Below are positions 39,538 through 48,448 of a stretch of 64,000 bases of DNA, piece after piece. The stretch lies in NCBI GenBank assembly GCA_964401055.1, contig CAYNWW010000004.1, forward strand, positions 13,390-77,389. Reading direction: 5' to 3'. Below the pieces are notes generated by a model. It made no database searches. It worked only from the letters and a program-made list of their open reading frames with translations, and had not been told where the DNA came from. The translations under genes were made by a program, and so were the position numbers. The stretch is from an uncultured Candidatus Saccharibacteria bacterium (GTDB lineage Bacteria; Patescibacteriota; JAUYIX01; CAYNWW01). Numbering within the stretch: position 1 is the stretch's first letter; each line of letters begins with the position of its first letter.

Positions 39538-39969
39538 ATGGCCTACTACAACAAAGTCGGACTTCTCGTGCTCAACGACGACCACACTCGCTTTCTCGTC
39601 TGCGAAAAATCGCCCGAAAACGTGACCTCAGACTACATCATGCCCGGCGGTCAATTTCACGAAAAATCAGTCGAGGAATGTCTGACAAATGAAATCAAAG
39701 AAGAGCTCGCTTGTGGCGTCGACACCGCACACCTGACGTTCATCGGCGAATACACCGACATCGCATCAGGCCGTCCCGACCGTGACGTCTCAATCAAGCT
39801 CTATCAAGGAAACCTGGTTGGCGCGCCAACGCCGTCGACAGAAATCAAAGCGATCCACTGGATCGGCGCCGCCGATATAAATAATCTGCGCGTCTCGCCG
39901 ATTATTCGCAACAAAATTTTGCCGGATTTAATAAAGAGAAATGTGGTGTTGATGAGTAAACCCATCTAA
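39538..39969 (+). CDS. Nudix-family hydrolase with a divergent Nudix box
   Basis: 'MPGGQ...EECLTNEIKEEL...PSTEI'. Confidence 0.8.
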   Translation: MAYYNKVGLLVLNDDHTRFLVCEKSPENVTSDYIMPGGQFHEKSVEECLTNEIKEELACGVDTAHLTFIGEYTDIASGRPDRDVSIKLYQGNLVGAPTPSTEIKAIHWIGAADINNLRVSPIIRNKILPDLIKRNVVLMSKPI

Positions 39970-40008
39970 TTAGATATAATTGGATATAGCCATTATATCT
40001 AATTAGAT
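39964..40008. repeat. Perfect 17-bp AT-rich inverted repeat
   Basis: ATCTAATTAGATATAAT (39964-39980), 11 nt spacer, ATTATATCTAATTAGAT (39992-40008). Confidence 0.85.
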
Positions 40009-40021
40009 TTCCCGAATTCGC

Positions 40022-41260
40022 CTACGCCACCACCACTTGCCGCGCAGTGTACTCTTGGCGGATGTCGTTTGAGAAGCATTCACCGTCGAGTTTGCAGATG
40101 TCTTCAGGCGTGTAGCCGCGGTTTTCGAGGCGCGCCATGAGGCGGCCGAGGTCAGGCACGTAGTCGATGAGGAGTTCGCTGGATTCGACTGCTTCGACGG
40201 TGTAGACGCCGAGGTGCGCGGGGATGAGGACGGTTTGGCCGGCGACCGCCTCAAACAATCCGGTGCGCGTGGTGATAGAGACGCTGCCAGCCACGACGTG
40301 GGCGACGATGTAGTGTTTGCCGAGCGCTTTGAGTGTGACTGTACCGGCTTGGCCGATTTGCAGACGATCTTTTGCAAAGAGGCGATTGGCAAGAAGGTGG
40401 GTGAGCATTGCTTTTTCGCCAATGTGTTCGATCAGTGGCGTGGTGCGCGAGCAGGTCACGTGGCCGAAATCAATCAGGTTCATGGCGAGGTCGGGCTGCA
40501 CCGGGCGGCCGCGACCGAAATCGCTCACGCGGATCGTGGGCTCGGTGGCATACATGTGTGCGACGTCGGCGCGTTGTTCGGCGCGGACTTGCGCGTCGCT
40601 TGGATGGACTTGCAGTGAAAATGCGTCGCCGACCACGAGAATTTTTGACAATGTTGCGAGGAGTGATGAACCAAATCCTTCTTGTACTTCATCGATGACG
40701 CAATACGACGCGTCGTCGAGCGGCCAGACGGTGTGGAGCGTGCCAGGTTTCAAAATGTAGGATTCGCCTTTGCGTGCGAGTTCGGTGGTGACGAGGTCGC
40801 GTTCGAGTTGCTCGATAGTAACTTTTTGGTTGAAATACCCCGCGCGGATCAGCTCTTCAAAACGCGCGCGCGTGATGTGTTTTTGCACGCCGGTGATGAT
40901 TTTGACGATGCCATGCACTTCGCGGAAATACCAGCTTTCAGTTTTGCCGCGAGCCGGTTGGTCGGTCAATGAAGAGGCAAGTTTGCTGCCGAGGAGCTGT
41001 GCGCCTTGGCGAAGGATGAGGTCGTGAAGGGTGGTGCCGTTTTTAGGTGTGCCGGCAATCAAATTTGTCTGCGCCGCGCCGGCGGTGCCGACTTGAGCGG
41101 ACGCCGTCCAGACTTCGCCGTATAGGTCGCCATCTGGCGTCCGCGTCGAGGTCAATGCGGAAAACAACCGAGCCGGCACGCCCCACGGTTTTTTGACAAT
41201 CACGGGTTCGAGCGTGTAGATGGTGCTTTTTTCAGGTTCAAATGGGAAAAAATTGTTCAT
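40022..41260 (-). CDS. Type I mannose-6-phosphate isomerase homologue with rearranged motif order
   Basis: Motifs in order: 'KKPWG', 'GEVW', 'GKTESWY', 'PGTLH', 'EVQE', 'SLQVHP', 'TIRVSDFGR', then a C-terminal cupin. Adjacent to pgi. Confidence 0.8.
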   Translation of the reverse strand: MNNFFPFEPEKSTIYTLEPVIVKKPWGVPARLFSALTSTRTPDGDLYGEVWTASAQVGTAGAAQTNLIAGTPKNGTTLHDLILRQGAQLLGSKLASSLTDQPARGKTESWYFREVHGIVKIITGVQKHITRARFEELIRAGYFNQKVTIEQLERDLVTTELARKGESYILKPGTLHTVWPLDDASYCVIDEVQEGFGSSLLATLSKILVVGDAFSLQVHPSDAQVRAEQRADVAHMYATEPTIRVSDFGRGRPVQPDLAMNLIDFGHVTCSRTTPLIEHIGEKAMLTHLLANRLFAKDRLQIGQAGTVTLKALGKHYIVAHVVAGSVSITTRTGLFEAVAGQTVLIPAHLGVYTVEAVESSELLIDYVPDLGRLMARLENRGYTPEDICKLDGECFSNDIRQEYTARQVVVA

Positions 41261-42486
41261 GCGCGTGCGCCTCCTGCGTGAGCAATGCGAGTGCGTTGCT
41301 GGAAACTGAGTAGTTTGCTTGACTCTACATCGGGCTGGTTGAATGGATCAACCTCGCGCAACCACGCGCTGTATACGCTTGCGTATTGCAAAAATGCGAG
41401 GAAGCCGGCGGTCGATGTCTCGCGTGTGTCCGGCAGGGTGATTGTCATCAGGGGGATGCCACGGCCGACGGCGTCGCTGCGGTTTCCCTCATATTCGCAG
41501 AGAATCGCTTGTTGCAAGGTGATGTTGTTGATGTCGCCCAGTCGGCCTTCGCGCAGCACCAAGTTTTGGATTTCCGGAGGGAGCTGCGTGCGCGCTTCAT
41601 CGTGCGCGGCTTGCGCTACTGTGACCATGACGCCAATCATGTTGCGTTTGCCGCCGTAAAATCGTTGTGAGAAATGGTGCTGGGATTCGGGAGACAACAG
41701 CGCCATCACGGTTTGGCCTTGCTTGCCGTCTTTGCACACGGTTTCGTGAAAGAGTTGAGAGATCAGCTCGGAAAACCCGTTGATTTGTGGCGAATAGAGA
41801 GAAAAGAAAATTTCATCATAGCCTTGCTGCTCGAGCAGATACAACTGTACAGCAAATCGGAGCGCGTCATTTTTTTCTAGAGAAACAGAAGGCGCATATG
41901 CAGTGTAGGCGCTGCGTAAGTCGCGAACGATCGCGCTCACGTCCATCCCGATCACCGCACACGGGAGCAGTGTGGACGAGGTCATTGCAGAAAAGCGCCC
42001 GCCAACAGGCGGATGATCAACCACTTCCCAGCCCTTGATATGTGCAGCCTCGAGAAGCGGATTATTTTTGTCCGGACTGGTCACTACCAGCACGCGATAA
42101 TGCTCGGCAAATGCAAATGTGTTTTCGAGATGCTCCACATTGGTGCCCGACTTGCTCACTGAAATCACGATAGTACGTGCCGGCGGGCATTGTGATTTCA
42201 AGTATTGCACAAAATCCGGATCAGTCGAATTGCAAAAAAATACGCGCTTGCTCGACGTGTACCACGAGAGATTTTTGTACAACGCTTCAGTGCTCGTGAT
42301 CGACCCGCCTCGTGCCACTATAATAACGTGTGTGTATTCGGCATATCGCGCGGCCACTTCTTTTAACGCGCCCAACGGTGGTTCATACGAGGCAAATGCG
42401 GGCACGGATTGCCTCGCAATGGTATTCAATTTTTCCTGTGACACCTGACCCTGTGCGCGTGACTGCGTGACATCAATTTGGATCAT
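41257..42486 (-). CDS. pgi: Glucose-6-phosphate isomerase (divergent)
   Basis: 'GGS', 'SKSGTNVE', 'VGGRFS', 'QLFHETVCK', 'QHHFSQ', 'DPFNQPDVESSK'. Confidence 0.85.
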   Translation of the reverse strand: MIQIDVTQSRAQGQVSQEKLNTIARQSVPAFASYEPPLGALKEVAARYAEYTHVIIVARGGSITSTEALYKNLSWYTSSKRVFFCNSTDPDFVQYLKSQCPPARTIVISVSKSGTNVEHLENTFAFAEHYRVLVVTSPDKNNPLLEAAHIKGWEVVDHPPVGGRFSAMTSSTLLPCAVIGMDVSAIVRDLRSAYTAYAPSVSLEKNDALRFAVQLYLLEQQGYDEIFFSLYSPQINGFSELISQLFHETVCKDGKQGQTVMALLSPESQHHFSQRFYGGKRNMIGVMVTVAQAAHDEARTQLPPEIQNLVLREGRLGDINNITLQQAILCEYEGNRSDAVGRGIPLMTITLPDTRETSTAGFLAFLQYASVYSAWLREVDPFNQPDVESSKLLSFQQRTRIAHAGGARA

Positions 42487-43085
42487 GCTTCCGGTCCTTC
42501 TTCTTCTCTGATGGCGTGGCTGCGGTACGGCTCTTCCGACAGCTTGCGCTCATTGAGTTGGATAATAATTTTTTTCACCTTGTAGGGATGTGGCACTTGC
42601 TCAAATTCAAACCGGTCTTTGGTTCCCGCGGTCTGTACCATGACATTGCCAAAATCGAAAAACGTGTGAATTAATCCGGTCACTTCGGCAGTCACGTCTT
42701 GGACGCGGAAGATATTTTGTTCAGCCACCACGCGCTTGAACAACGCCTCTTGCTCGATGTTGATAATTCGCTCGGTCGTCACAATCCAGACGTCGAGGTA
42801 ATAATTTACCCAACCGAGATAAAAATATAACAGGACAAACAAATAATACGCGCTCGCAGCAAGCGCGGCCATCGGCAGCAATTGTGAAGTCTCGAACCCG
42901 GGAATAATCCGCTTGAACAACTCATTTCCCGCCACCGGAAGCAGTGACAGCACAACCGTGATCACGATGTGAATCAAAAATACCAACCAGTGCCGGCGCA
43001 ACACCAAAATAATTTCCTCTTGCTCGTGTTTGCCCGGAAATGTTTTCATTTTAATATGAGGATTGTGAAGAGGTTGATTGCTCAT
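42483..43085 (-). CDS. Membrane protein with a bacterial PH (bPH_2) domain
   Basis: Two TMs then 'WIVTTERII...IQ/VQDVT...FDFGNVMVQTAG...FEQVPHP'. Confidence 0.8.
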   Translation of the reverse strand: MSNQPLHNPHIKMKTFPGKHEQEEIILVLRRHWLVFLIHIVITVVLSLLPVAGNELFKRIIPGFETSQLLPMAALAASAYYLFVLLYFYLGWVNYYLDVWIVTTERIINIEQEALFKRVVAEQNIFRVQDVTAEVTGLIHTFFDFGNVMVQTAGTKDRFEFEQVPHPYKVKKIIIQLNERKLSEEPYRSHAIREEEGPEA

Positions 43086-43321
43086 ATGCGCAAGGTGATG
43101 GTGGTAAAATCAATGCTTCCGTGCAGCCAGTCAACCGATAGTCCATACACAAACGTCGGCACTAAGATAATCAACGCCAGCACGATGTAGAGCGCTGCCA
43201 TCACATGAGTGAGGTCGCCCACAAATCCAAATTTGAGCAGATGATAGAGGATGAATAGGCTGAAAATAATAAATCCTACAAGGAGGACGAGGTAGATGAC
43301 AAAAGGGATAATCAGCGGCAT
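43082..43321 (-). CDS. Small two-TM membrane protein
   Basis: 79 aa hydrophobic ORF from the ATG at 43321; ATGA overlap with the next gene. Confidence 0.7.
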   Translation of the reverse strand: MPLIIPFVIYLVLLVGFIIFSLFILYHLLKFGFVGDLTHVMAALYIVLALIILVPTFVYGLSVDWLHGSIDFTTITLRI

Positions 43322-43335
43322 GCGCGGCGAGTTAA

Positions 43336-44388
43336 TTAGAGAAGTGTTTTTTGTGCTTGTTGCGCGGAAAATGGTTTGCCCAGATGCGCGTATGCGTGGC
43401 GGGTTGCGACGCGTCCCTGTCGCGTGCGCGCGAGAAATCCGAGCTGGAGCAAAAATGGTTCGTACACGTCTTCGATGGTCTGGCGCTCTTCCGATGTCGA
43501 GGCTGCGATCGCGTTGAGGCCGCAAGGGCCGCCGTCGAATTTGTCGATGATTGCAGCAAGAATCCGGCGGTCGGTTTCATCCAGTCCGAGCTCGTCGATT
43601 CCAAGAAGGCGCAGTGCTTCTTCTGCGAGAGGCAAGGTAATTGTACCATTCCCGCGAACTTGTGCAACATCGCGCACGCGCTTCAGCAGGCGGTTGGCGG
43701 TGCGGGGAGTTTTGCGCGCGCAAGCCGCGATTTTTGCACACGCCTCGGGCGTGATGTCGGTCGAGAGGATTTGCGCTGAGCGGCGAATGATTTGCTCAAT
43801 CGCGTCTTGTGAGTAAAAATCCAATCGGAATGTGCTACCAAATCGGTCGCGCAACGGTGACGACAACATGCCGACGCGCGTGGTCGCGCCCACGAGGGTA
43901 AATTTGGGCAGCTCGAGGCGCATCGAGCGTGCGCCCGTGCCTTTGCCGATCATGAGGTCGAGGGAATAATCTTCCATCGCGGGATACAACGCTTCCTCGA
44001 CCGTGCGGCTGAGGCGGTGGATTTCGTCAATAAACAAAATGTCGTGCTCCTGGAGATTGGTGAGGATCGAGCCGAGGTCGCCCGCGCGTTCGATCGCTGG
44101 GCCGCTGGTGATTTTGATGTTGACGTTCATTTCGCGGGCAATCACGTTGGCGAGCGTGGTTTTGCCCAAGCCCGGTGGGCCGTAGAGCAAGAGGTGTTCG
44201 AGCGGCTCGTTGCGCTGTTTGGCCGCTTGCATGAAAATGTTGAGGTTTTGTTTGATCGCTTCTTGGCCAATATAATCAGCCAGCCGCTGCGGTCGCAGCG
44301 TCAGGTCGGTGCTGGCGTCTTCGGGCGTGGCGCGCGGGGTGACCACGCGCTCGGTGGCGATGGGTTCGTGTTCGGTGCGTTCGATCAT
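43336..44388 (-). CDS. ruvB: Holliday junction branch migration helicase RuvB
   Basis: '[12 protein letters not shown]', '[11 protein letters not shown]', 'FIDEIHRL', 'LYPAMED', 'PLRDRFG'. Confidence 0.99.
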   Translation of the reverse strand: MIERTEHEPIATERVVTPRATPEDASTDLTLRPQRLADYIGQEAIKQNLNIFMQAAKQRNEPLEHLLLYGPPGLGKTTLANVIAREMNVNIKITSGPAIERAGDLGSILTNLQEHDILFIDEIHRLSRTVEEALYPAMEDYSLDLMIGKGTGARSMRLELPKFTLVGATTRVGMLSSPLRDRFGSTFRLDFYSQDAIEQIIRRSAQILSTDITPEACAKIAACARKTPRTANRLLKRVRDVAQVRGNGTITLPLAEEALRLLGIDELGLDETDRRILAAIIDKFDGGPCGLNAIAASTSEERQTIEDVYEPFLLQLGFLARTRQGRVATRHAYAHLGKPFSAQQAQKTLL

Positions 44389-44415
44389 GGTACTCTCAGT
44401 ATATCACACGCTAGA

Positions 44416-45783
44416 CTACAATTTCCCCGCGCCGTTTGGATTGTATCCGTTGCGGACTTCGTCGCCGTCTTTGTATCCGTCGCCGTCGGTGTCGGGATTG
44501 GTCGCGCTGGTGCCATACTTCGCTTCGTCGGTGTCGGTCAGACCATCACCGTCGGTGTCTGCGTTTGTGTCGATCGGCAGTGGGATGAATTTGGGGAAGA
44601 GCAGCGGTAGCACGGCGTCGCTGATGGTGGTGCCGGCGATGGCGTCGCTCGGCGCTTGGGCGATTGCCGGATCGGATTTGTTGTATGAATCAAATGAGAG
44701 CAGCGCGGTGATGGTGCCCGCAAAGCCGGAAGATTCGGGCATGGTGGCGGTGAGTGAAAGGCGATGCGGCAGGCCGTCTGCGGCGCCGATCCAGATTTCT
44801 CCTGACGCGCTCGTTGCTTGTGCGAAAAATGTGTTGATTTGTCCGGATGGGAGTGCGGTCGCTAATTTTTTCGGGTCGATCGTGAGCTGGTAGTGATGCG
44901 TTTCGGTGCCGTTGACGTTGATGGTGAGGAGACGATCCTGGAAAGTGCCGTGGACTTGGACGGCGCCGCTTTGTGCGAGTGTGGCGAGCGCGCCCGCGAG
45001 TTGAGTGGGCGAAACGCTTGTTGCGGTGATTTTTTGCGCGGTCTCGCGCGTGAAATCCGTTGAAAACACATATTGCTTGCCTACGCGATCCACGAGCGCG
45101 GCCGCATCGAGCTTGATGGGCTTGCTGAGATAGGCGAGCGCTTGTTCTTGCTTACTTGCGTCAAATGCGCGCAAATGCAGCGCGTCCACGGTGAGATAAT
45201 TTGCGCCGTCGCGCACCAAGTCACTGCCGCTAATCGACACGTCGGCGAGGTCGGCGGCGGAGGAAGCGGAAAGATTAAATTTTGTCTGCGCCGAGATGTG
45301 GTCGCTTGCACTCACGTCAAGTGTGCTTTGAAAATCCGTGCTGTACGTGACTGAGATCGGGTCTGTCGTAGGCGTGTCGTAGGTCGCGAACAATGCGCTG
45401 AGCGGTTCGGAAAACTTGATCGCAGTGATGAGTGAATCGGGTAGTGGAAGATAATTTTTCTGCATGCCGGTAGCGGTGATTTTTCCGCGGACTTCGACGT
45501 TGCGGATTGCAGATAATTTAGCAACTGATTGCGCGGCTTGCTGCTCCGGCGGAATGCGCAACAACAAAAATAACGTCGCGCCGACGCCAATGATCGCTGC
45601 AAATATAATTAGTGAGACCGCCATTTTTTTCTTCCCGCGCGGACGTTGTGGTTTTGCCGTTGTGGCTTGCGAATGGGCAGCAGGAGCGGCTTGCTGCTGA
45701 GGAGATCCTGAGAGTTCCTGGGTAAATTGAGCATCCAGAGAATCTGCTGCTGGAGCGGAATTTTGAGGTTTTTTGTCAAACAT
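44416..45783 (-). CDS. Membrane-anchored surface protein with a C-terminal bacterial TSP3 (Ca-binding) repeat
   Basis: One TM; C-terminus 'DTDGDGLTDTDEAKYGT..NPDTDGDGYKDGDEVRNGYNP'. Confidence 0.8.
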   Translation of the reverse strand: MFDKKPQNSAPAADSLDAQFTQELSGSPQQQAAPAAHSQATTAKPQRPRGKKKMAVSLIIFAAIIGVGATLFLLLRIPPEQQAAQSVAKLSAIRNVEVRGKITATGMQKNYLPLPDSLITAIKFSEPLSALFATYDTPTTDPISVTYSTDFQSTLDVSASDHISAQTKFNLSASSAADLADVSISGSDLVRDGANYLTVDALHLRAFDASKQEQALAYLSKPIKLDAAALVDRVGKQYVFSTDFTRETAQKITATSVSPTQLAGALATLAQSGAVQVHGTFQDRLLTINVNGTETHHYQLTIDPKKLATALPSGQINTFFAQATSASGEIWIGAADGLPHRLSLTATMPESSGFAGTITALLSFDSYNKSDPAIAQAPSDAIAGTTISDAVLPLLFPKFIPLPIDTNADTDGDGLTDTDEAKYGTSATNPDTDGDGYKDGDEVRNGYNPNGAGKL

Positions 45784-45796
45784 GCCGAAATTTTAC

Positions 45797-45825
45797 TTGA
45801 CAAATAAAAGGTATTCTGGTAACCT
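45797..45825 (+). promoter_or_regulatory. sigma70-type promoter facing the ncRNA candidate
   Basis: TTGACA (45797-45802), 17 nt spacer, TAACCT (45820-45825) preceded by TG. Confidence 0.7.
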
Positions 45826-45831
45826 AGAAAA

Positions 45832-45985
45832 TCAGTGAACAAAAAACTGGTGCAGCCTCAACTGTAGACACTCGTGGCAACTCTCATGTGACGGGGTACA
45901 CGGTCATCAATCTTACGATTGATGCACTTGGTACATCCTCTGGAGTTTTGCTTTGTCTACAGTTTAGGAAGCGCCAGTTTTTTAT
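45832..45985 (+). ncRNA. Rod-shaped structured ncRNA candidate, family not identified
   Basis: Nested stems AAAAAACTGGTGC/GCGCCAGTTTTTT, AACTGTAGACA/TGTCTACAGTT, AACTC/GAGTT, GTAC/GTAC and CATCAATC/GATTGATG. G-U pairs favour the + strand. Confidence 0.55.
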
Positions 45986-46030
45986 TTTTGCGGAAGCGTT
46001 GAAGCGGTTGCGCTCGTCGCATTTTTCTAG

Positions 46031-47803
46031 CTAATTCGACTGGTGGGGAAAATCTTTCGGTGACCTGTACACGCTCAAGAATACATCATCGTGGATGAGT
46101 TGTCCATCGAGGGTGACGCGACGCTTCCAAACGGCCTTCATTGAGCCATCCGGGCGGCGATCGTACGAATATGGCGTGGAGATTTCCACAGCCCTGCCGT
46201 CGCGCGTTCCGTAAATTTCGAAAAATACATTCATCCCCGACACCCACGAATGGATCAACATATAATGTGAAGTGTCGTTTTTAAATTTGAAATCGGTCGC
46301 CGGGTAATAAATCGTGGCGTCCGTGCCTTGTGGTGCATAATACGATACCGCGTACGAGTGGTTGCGACGCGCGGTGACTGCGAGTCCGCCGTCCGTGACT
46401 GAGCGGAATAGGGTGGTCGCCACTTGGCACAATCCGCCACCGTCCTGGGGGACGGTTTTGTGGTCGAGGATGACGAGTTCGGGTACAAATCCATGCGCTT
46501 GGTCTACCTCGCCAATGGTTTTGCCGGCTGAAACTTCTTCGCCTGGCGGGATCACGAGCCCGTCAAATCGCGAGGTGCCCACAGTTACGTTGCGTACGCG
46601 TGCGCCGGAGCTGTGGCCCATGTTGGACGTGCCTTTGCCTACGAGTTCGCGAATGCTGGCTGCGATTTCGGGGTCGGATTCGTGGATTCGGGCGGGGATT
46701 GCGGTGGTGGCGAGTTCGATGGATGGCGCGCCGGATGTTGTAGTGAGGAGCGCGTGAGCGATGGCGGTCCGTGCTTTTGGCAGATCAATGCCAAGTCCGT
46801 CTGTGCTGGGCTGTGTCACTTCGAGTTTGCCGTCGATAAATGAAAACCGCGCGTCGCGTGGTTCACGCGCGATGCGTGTGTTGAGAGGTGTGAGCGTGGC
46901 TGCGAGTTTGGTGTCGGAGATGCGCGGGAGGATGATTTGTTCATCTGAGTTAATAACCGCGCGCGTAAGCGAAGAGTTTACAAAAGATTCCGTGCTTGCG
47001 TGCGCACTTGAACGGGTGATGTCTGTGATGTGTGTGTCGAGCGCAGCGCGCAGCGCGGTGCCGCGAGCGGGCACGAGCGCGTTGGCGTCGGAATCGATTT
47101 CACCTAGCGAAACCGGCACAAATTCCATCCACGACCGCTGCGTTTCGGGCGTGATTTCTTGCGATGCATCGCCCACGCGTACGGTGATCGCAGTATGAGT
47201 TAATTCATCTACCAGTCGACGATCGATATCTTGATCGCGTTCGCGAATATCTCCGGCAACCGGCGACAAAGTGAGTTCAATCGGGGTGGCTACAAGGCGC
47301 GAGAGCCCAGCATGAAGCTCTGCTCGTGCGACGTTGCGAGCGACAGTCAGCTGCTCGCCGCGCGCATTTTTCGCATCTATTTTTATCTGGTCAAAAAAAT
47401 CCGCGAGCTTGGCGTCGTCATAAGTATAGGAAGCCGGAATCTGCACACCAGACAACAATCCGCGAATGCTTCGCTCGGTTTGGGCTTGCGCAGTGATGGC
47501 AACGTTGTTGAATTGGAGATCGATGTCGTCGGGATTGAGCGACCAATAGCGATCGCCGTAGCGAAATAGCATATCCCTCTGCAAAAACGCGCGTTCGGCT
47601 GTGATTAGTGCCTCGCTTGCTTGGAGTGGATTTTTCCCTTTGAGTGAAGTTGTGCCCACGTGGACGTCGGCCAGAATACGCTCGGCGCGGCGACCGTCGC
47701 GAGCTTGCGCCGTCCAGTACGATGCGCAAGCAAAAAACACCGCAAGTAAAGTGGTGGCGTAGAGCGTCGTAATAAAGACACGATATTCTCGCGATTTTTT
47801 CAT
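46031..47803 (-). CDS. VanW-family protein with peptidoglycan-binding domains
   Basis: 'R.RNV...DG.VI.PGE...GGGLCQVATTLFR...RRNHSYAVSYY..G.DAT...DFKFKNDT'. Confidence 0.9.
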   Translation of the reverse strand: MKKSREYRVFITTLYATTLLAVFFACASYWTAQARDGRRAERILADVHVGTTSLKGKNPLQASEALITAERAFLQRDMLFRYGDRYWSLNPDDIDLQFNNVAITAQAQTERSIRGLLSGVQIPASYTYDDAKLADFFDQIKIDAKNARGEQLTVARNVARAELHAGLSRLVATPIELTLSPVAGDIRERDQDIDRRLVDELTHTAITVRVGDASQEITPETQRSWMEFVPVSLGEIDSDANALVPARGTALRAALDTHITDITRSSAHASTESFVNSSLTRAVINSDEQIILPRISDTKLAATLTPLNTRIAREPRDARFSFIDGKLEVTQPSTDGLGIDLPKARTAIAHALLTTTSGAPSIELATTAIPARIHESDPEIAASIRELVGKGTSNMGHSSGARVRNVTVGTSRFDGLVIPPGEEVSAGKTIGEVDQAHGFVPELVILDHKTVPQDGGGLCQVATTLFRSVTDGGLAVTARRNHSYAVSYYAPQGTDATIYYPATDFKFKNDTSHYMLIHSWVSGMNVFFEIYGTRDGRAVEISTPYSYDRRPDGSMKAVWKRRVTLDGQLIHDDVFLSVYRSPKDFPHQSN

Positions 47804-47840
47804 AATCCTATAGTAGCACAATTTGCGCGCCCCCAGGGGC

Positions 47841-48122
47841 TCAGCCGTTCAAAATGAGCTCAAGGATTTTTTTTGCTTTTTCGTTGTCGAGTTTTTCTTC
47901 GGTGAGGAGTGGGCTAGTGGTGGCAAAGAGATTTATTTCACTGTCAGCTGTGACGCCTTCGGGAAGTTTGGACACCGGCCAGACGATTTCTTGACCATTT
48001 TCAATCCGCACGATTGCCAGATCATTTTTGATCGACATCACGCGAGCGAAGACGCCGTGTGTCGTCGGCTCGGTCTGTTCGGAAGATGCGCGTGTCGTTT
48101 CGGTAGCAAAGGGAGAATTCAT
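47841..48122 (-). CDS. DUF3006-like small protein
   Basis: 'DLAIVRIENGQEIVWPVSKLPEGV...AKKILELIL'. Confidence 0.6.
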   Translation of the reverse strand: MNSPFATETTRASSEQTEPTTHGVFARVMSIKNDLAIVRIENGQEIVWPVSKLPEGVTADSEINLFATTSPLLTEEKLDNEKAKKILELILNG

Positions 48123-48211
48123 GTCTATATAATGAGTGAATCAAATCAAGAGGTTCAATCACCATAGCGCGTTTTGCGAGAGGCGTCAAGAGAAAATAAA
48201 AAGCTCTTTTT

Positions 48212-48406
48212 TCAAAGAGCAACTTTTTCGACTGGATCCCAGGAGGAGCGCCGCGGCCCTAGGTAGCCAACGTCTTCGACGCTCATTCCAGGTGGAATAT
48301 CTCCATAGGTGAGATCGTCCACGTGTTTTTCTTTCCTGACAAAGAATTTTATGTTTGTCAGAACGATTGGTTGGTAGATACAAGCTTTTCCTTCCGCGCA
48401 ATCCAC
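48212..48406 (-). CDS. Small hypothetical protein
   Basis: AGGAGGT SD before GTG, 64 aa. Confidence 0.45.
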   Translation of the reverse strand: MDCAEGKACIYQPIVLTNIKFFVRKEKHVDDLTYGDIPPGMSVEDVGYLGPRRSSWDPVEKVAL

Positions 48407-48448
48407 TTATTGCAACCTCCTGCGAGTTGTTCGTGTTATAATCGTATC

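Noticed and set aside
46031-47803. VanW as evidence of a vancomycin-resistance cluster
   Set aside because: No vanHAX or vanRS is present, and standalone VanW-domain proteins are widespread cell-envelope proteins.
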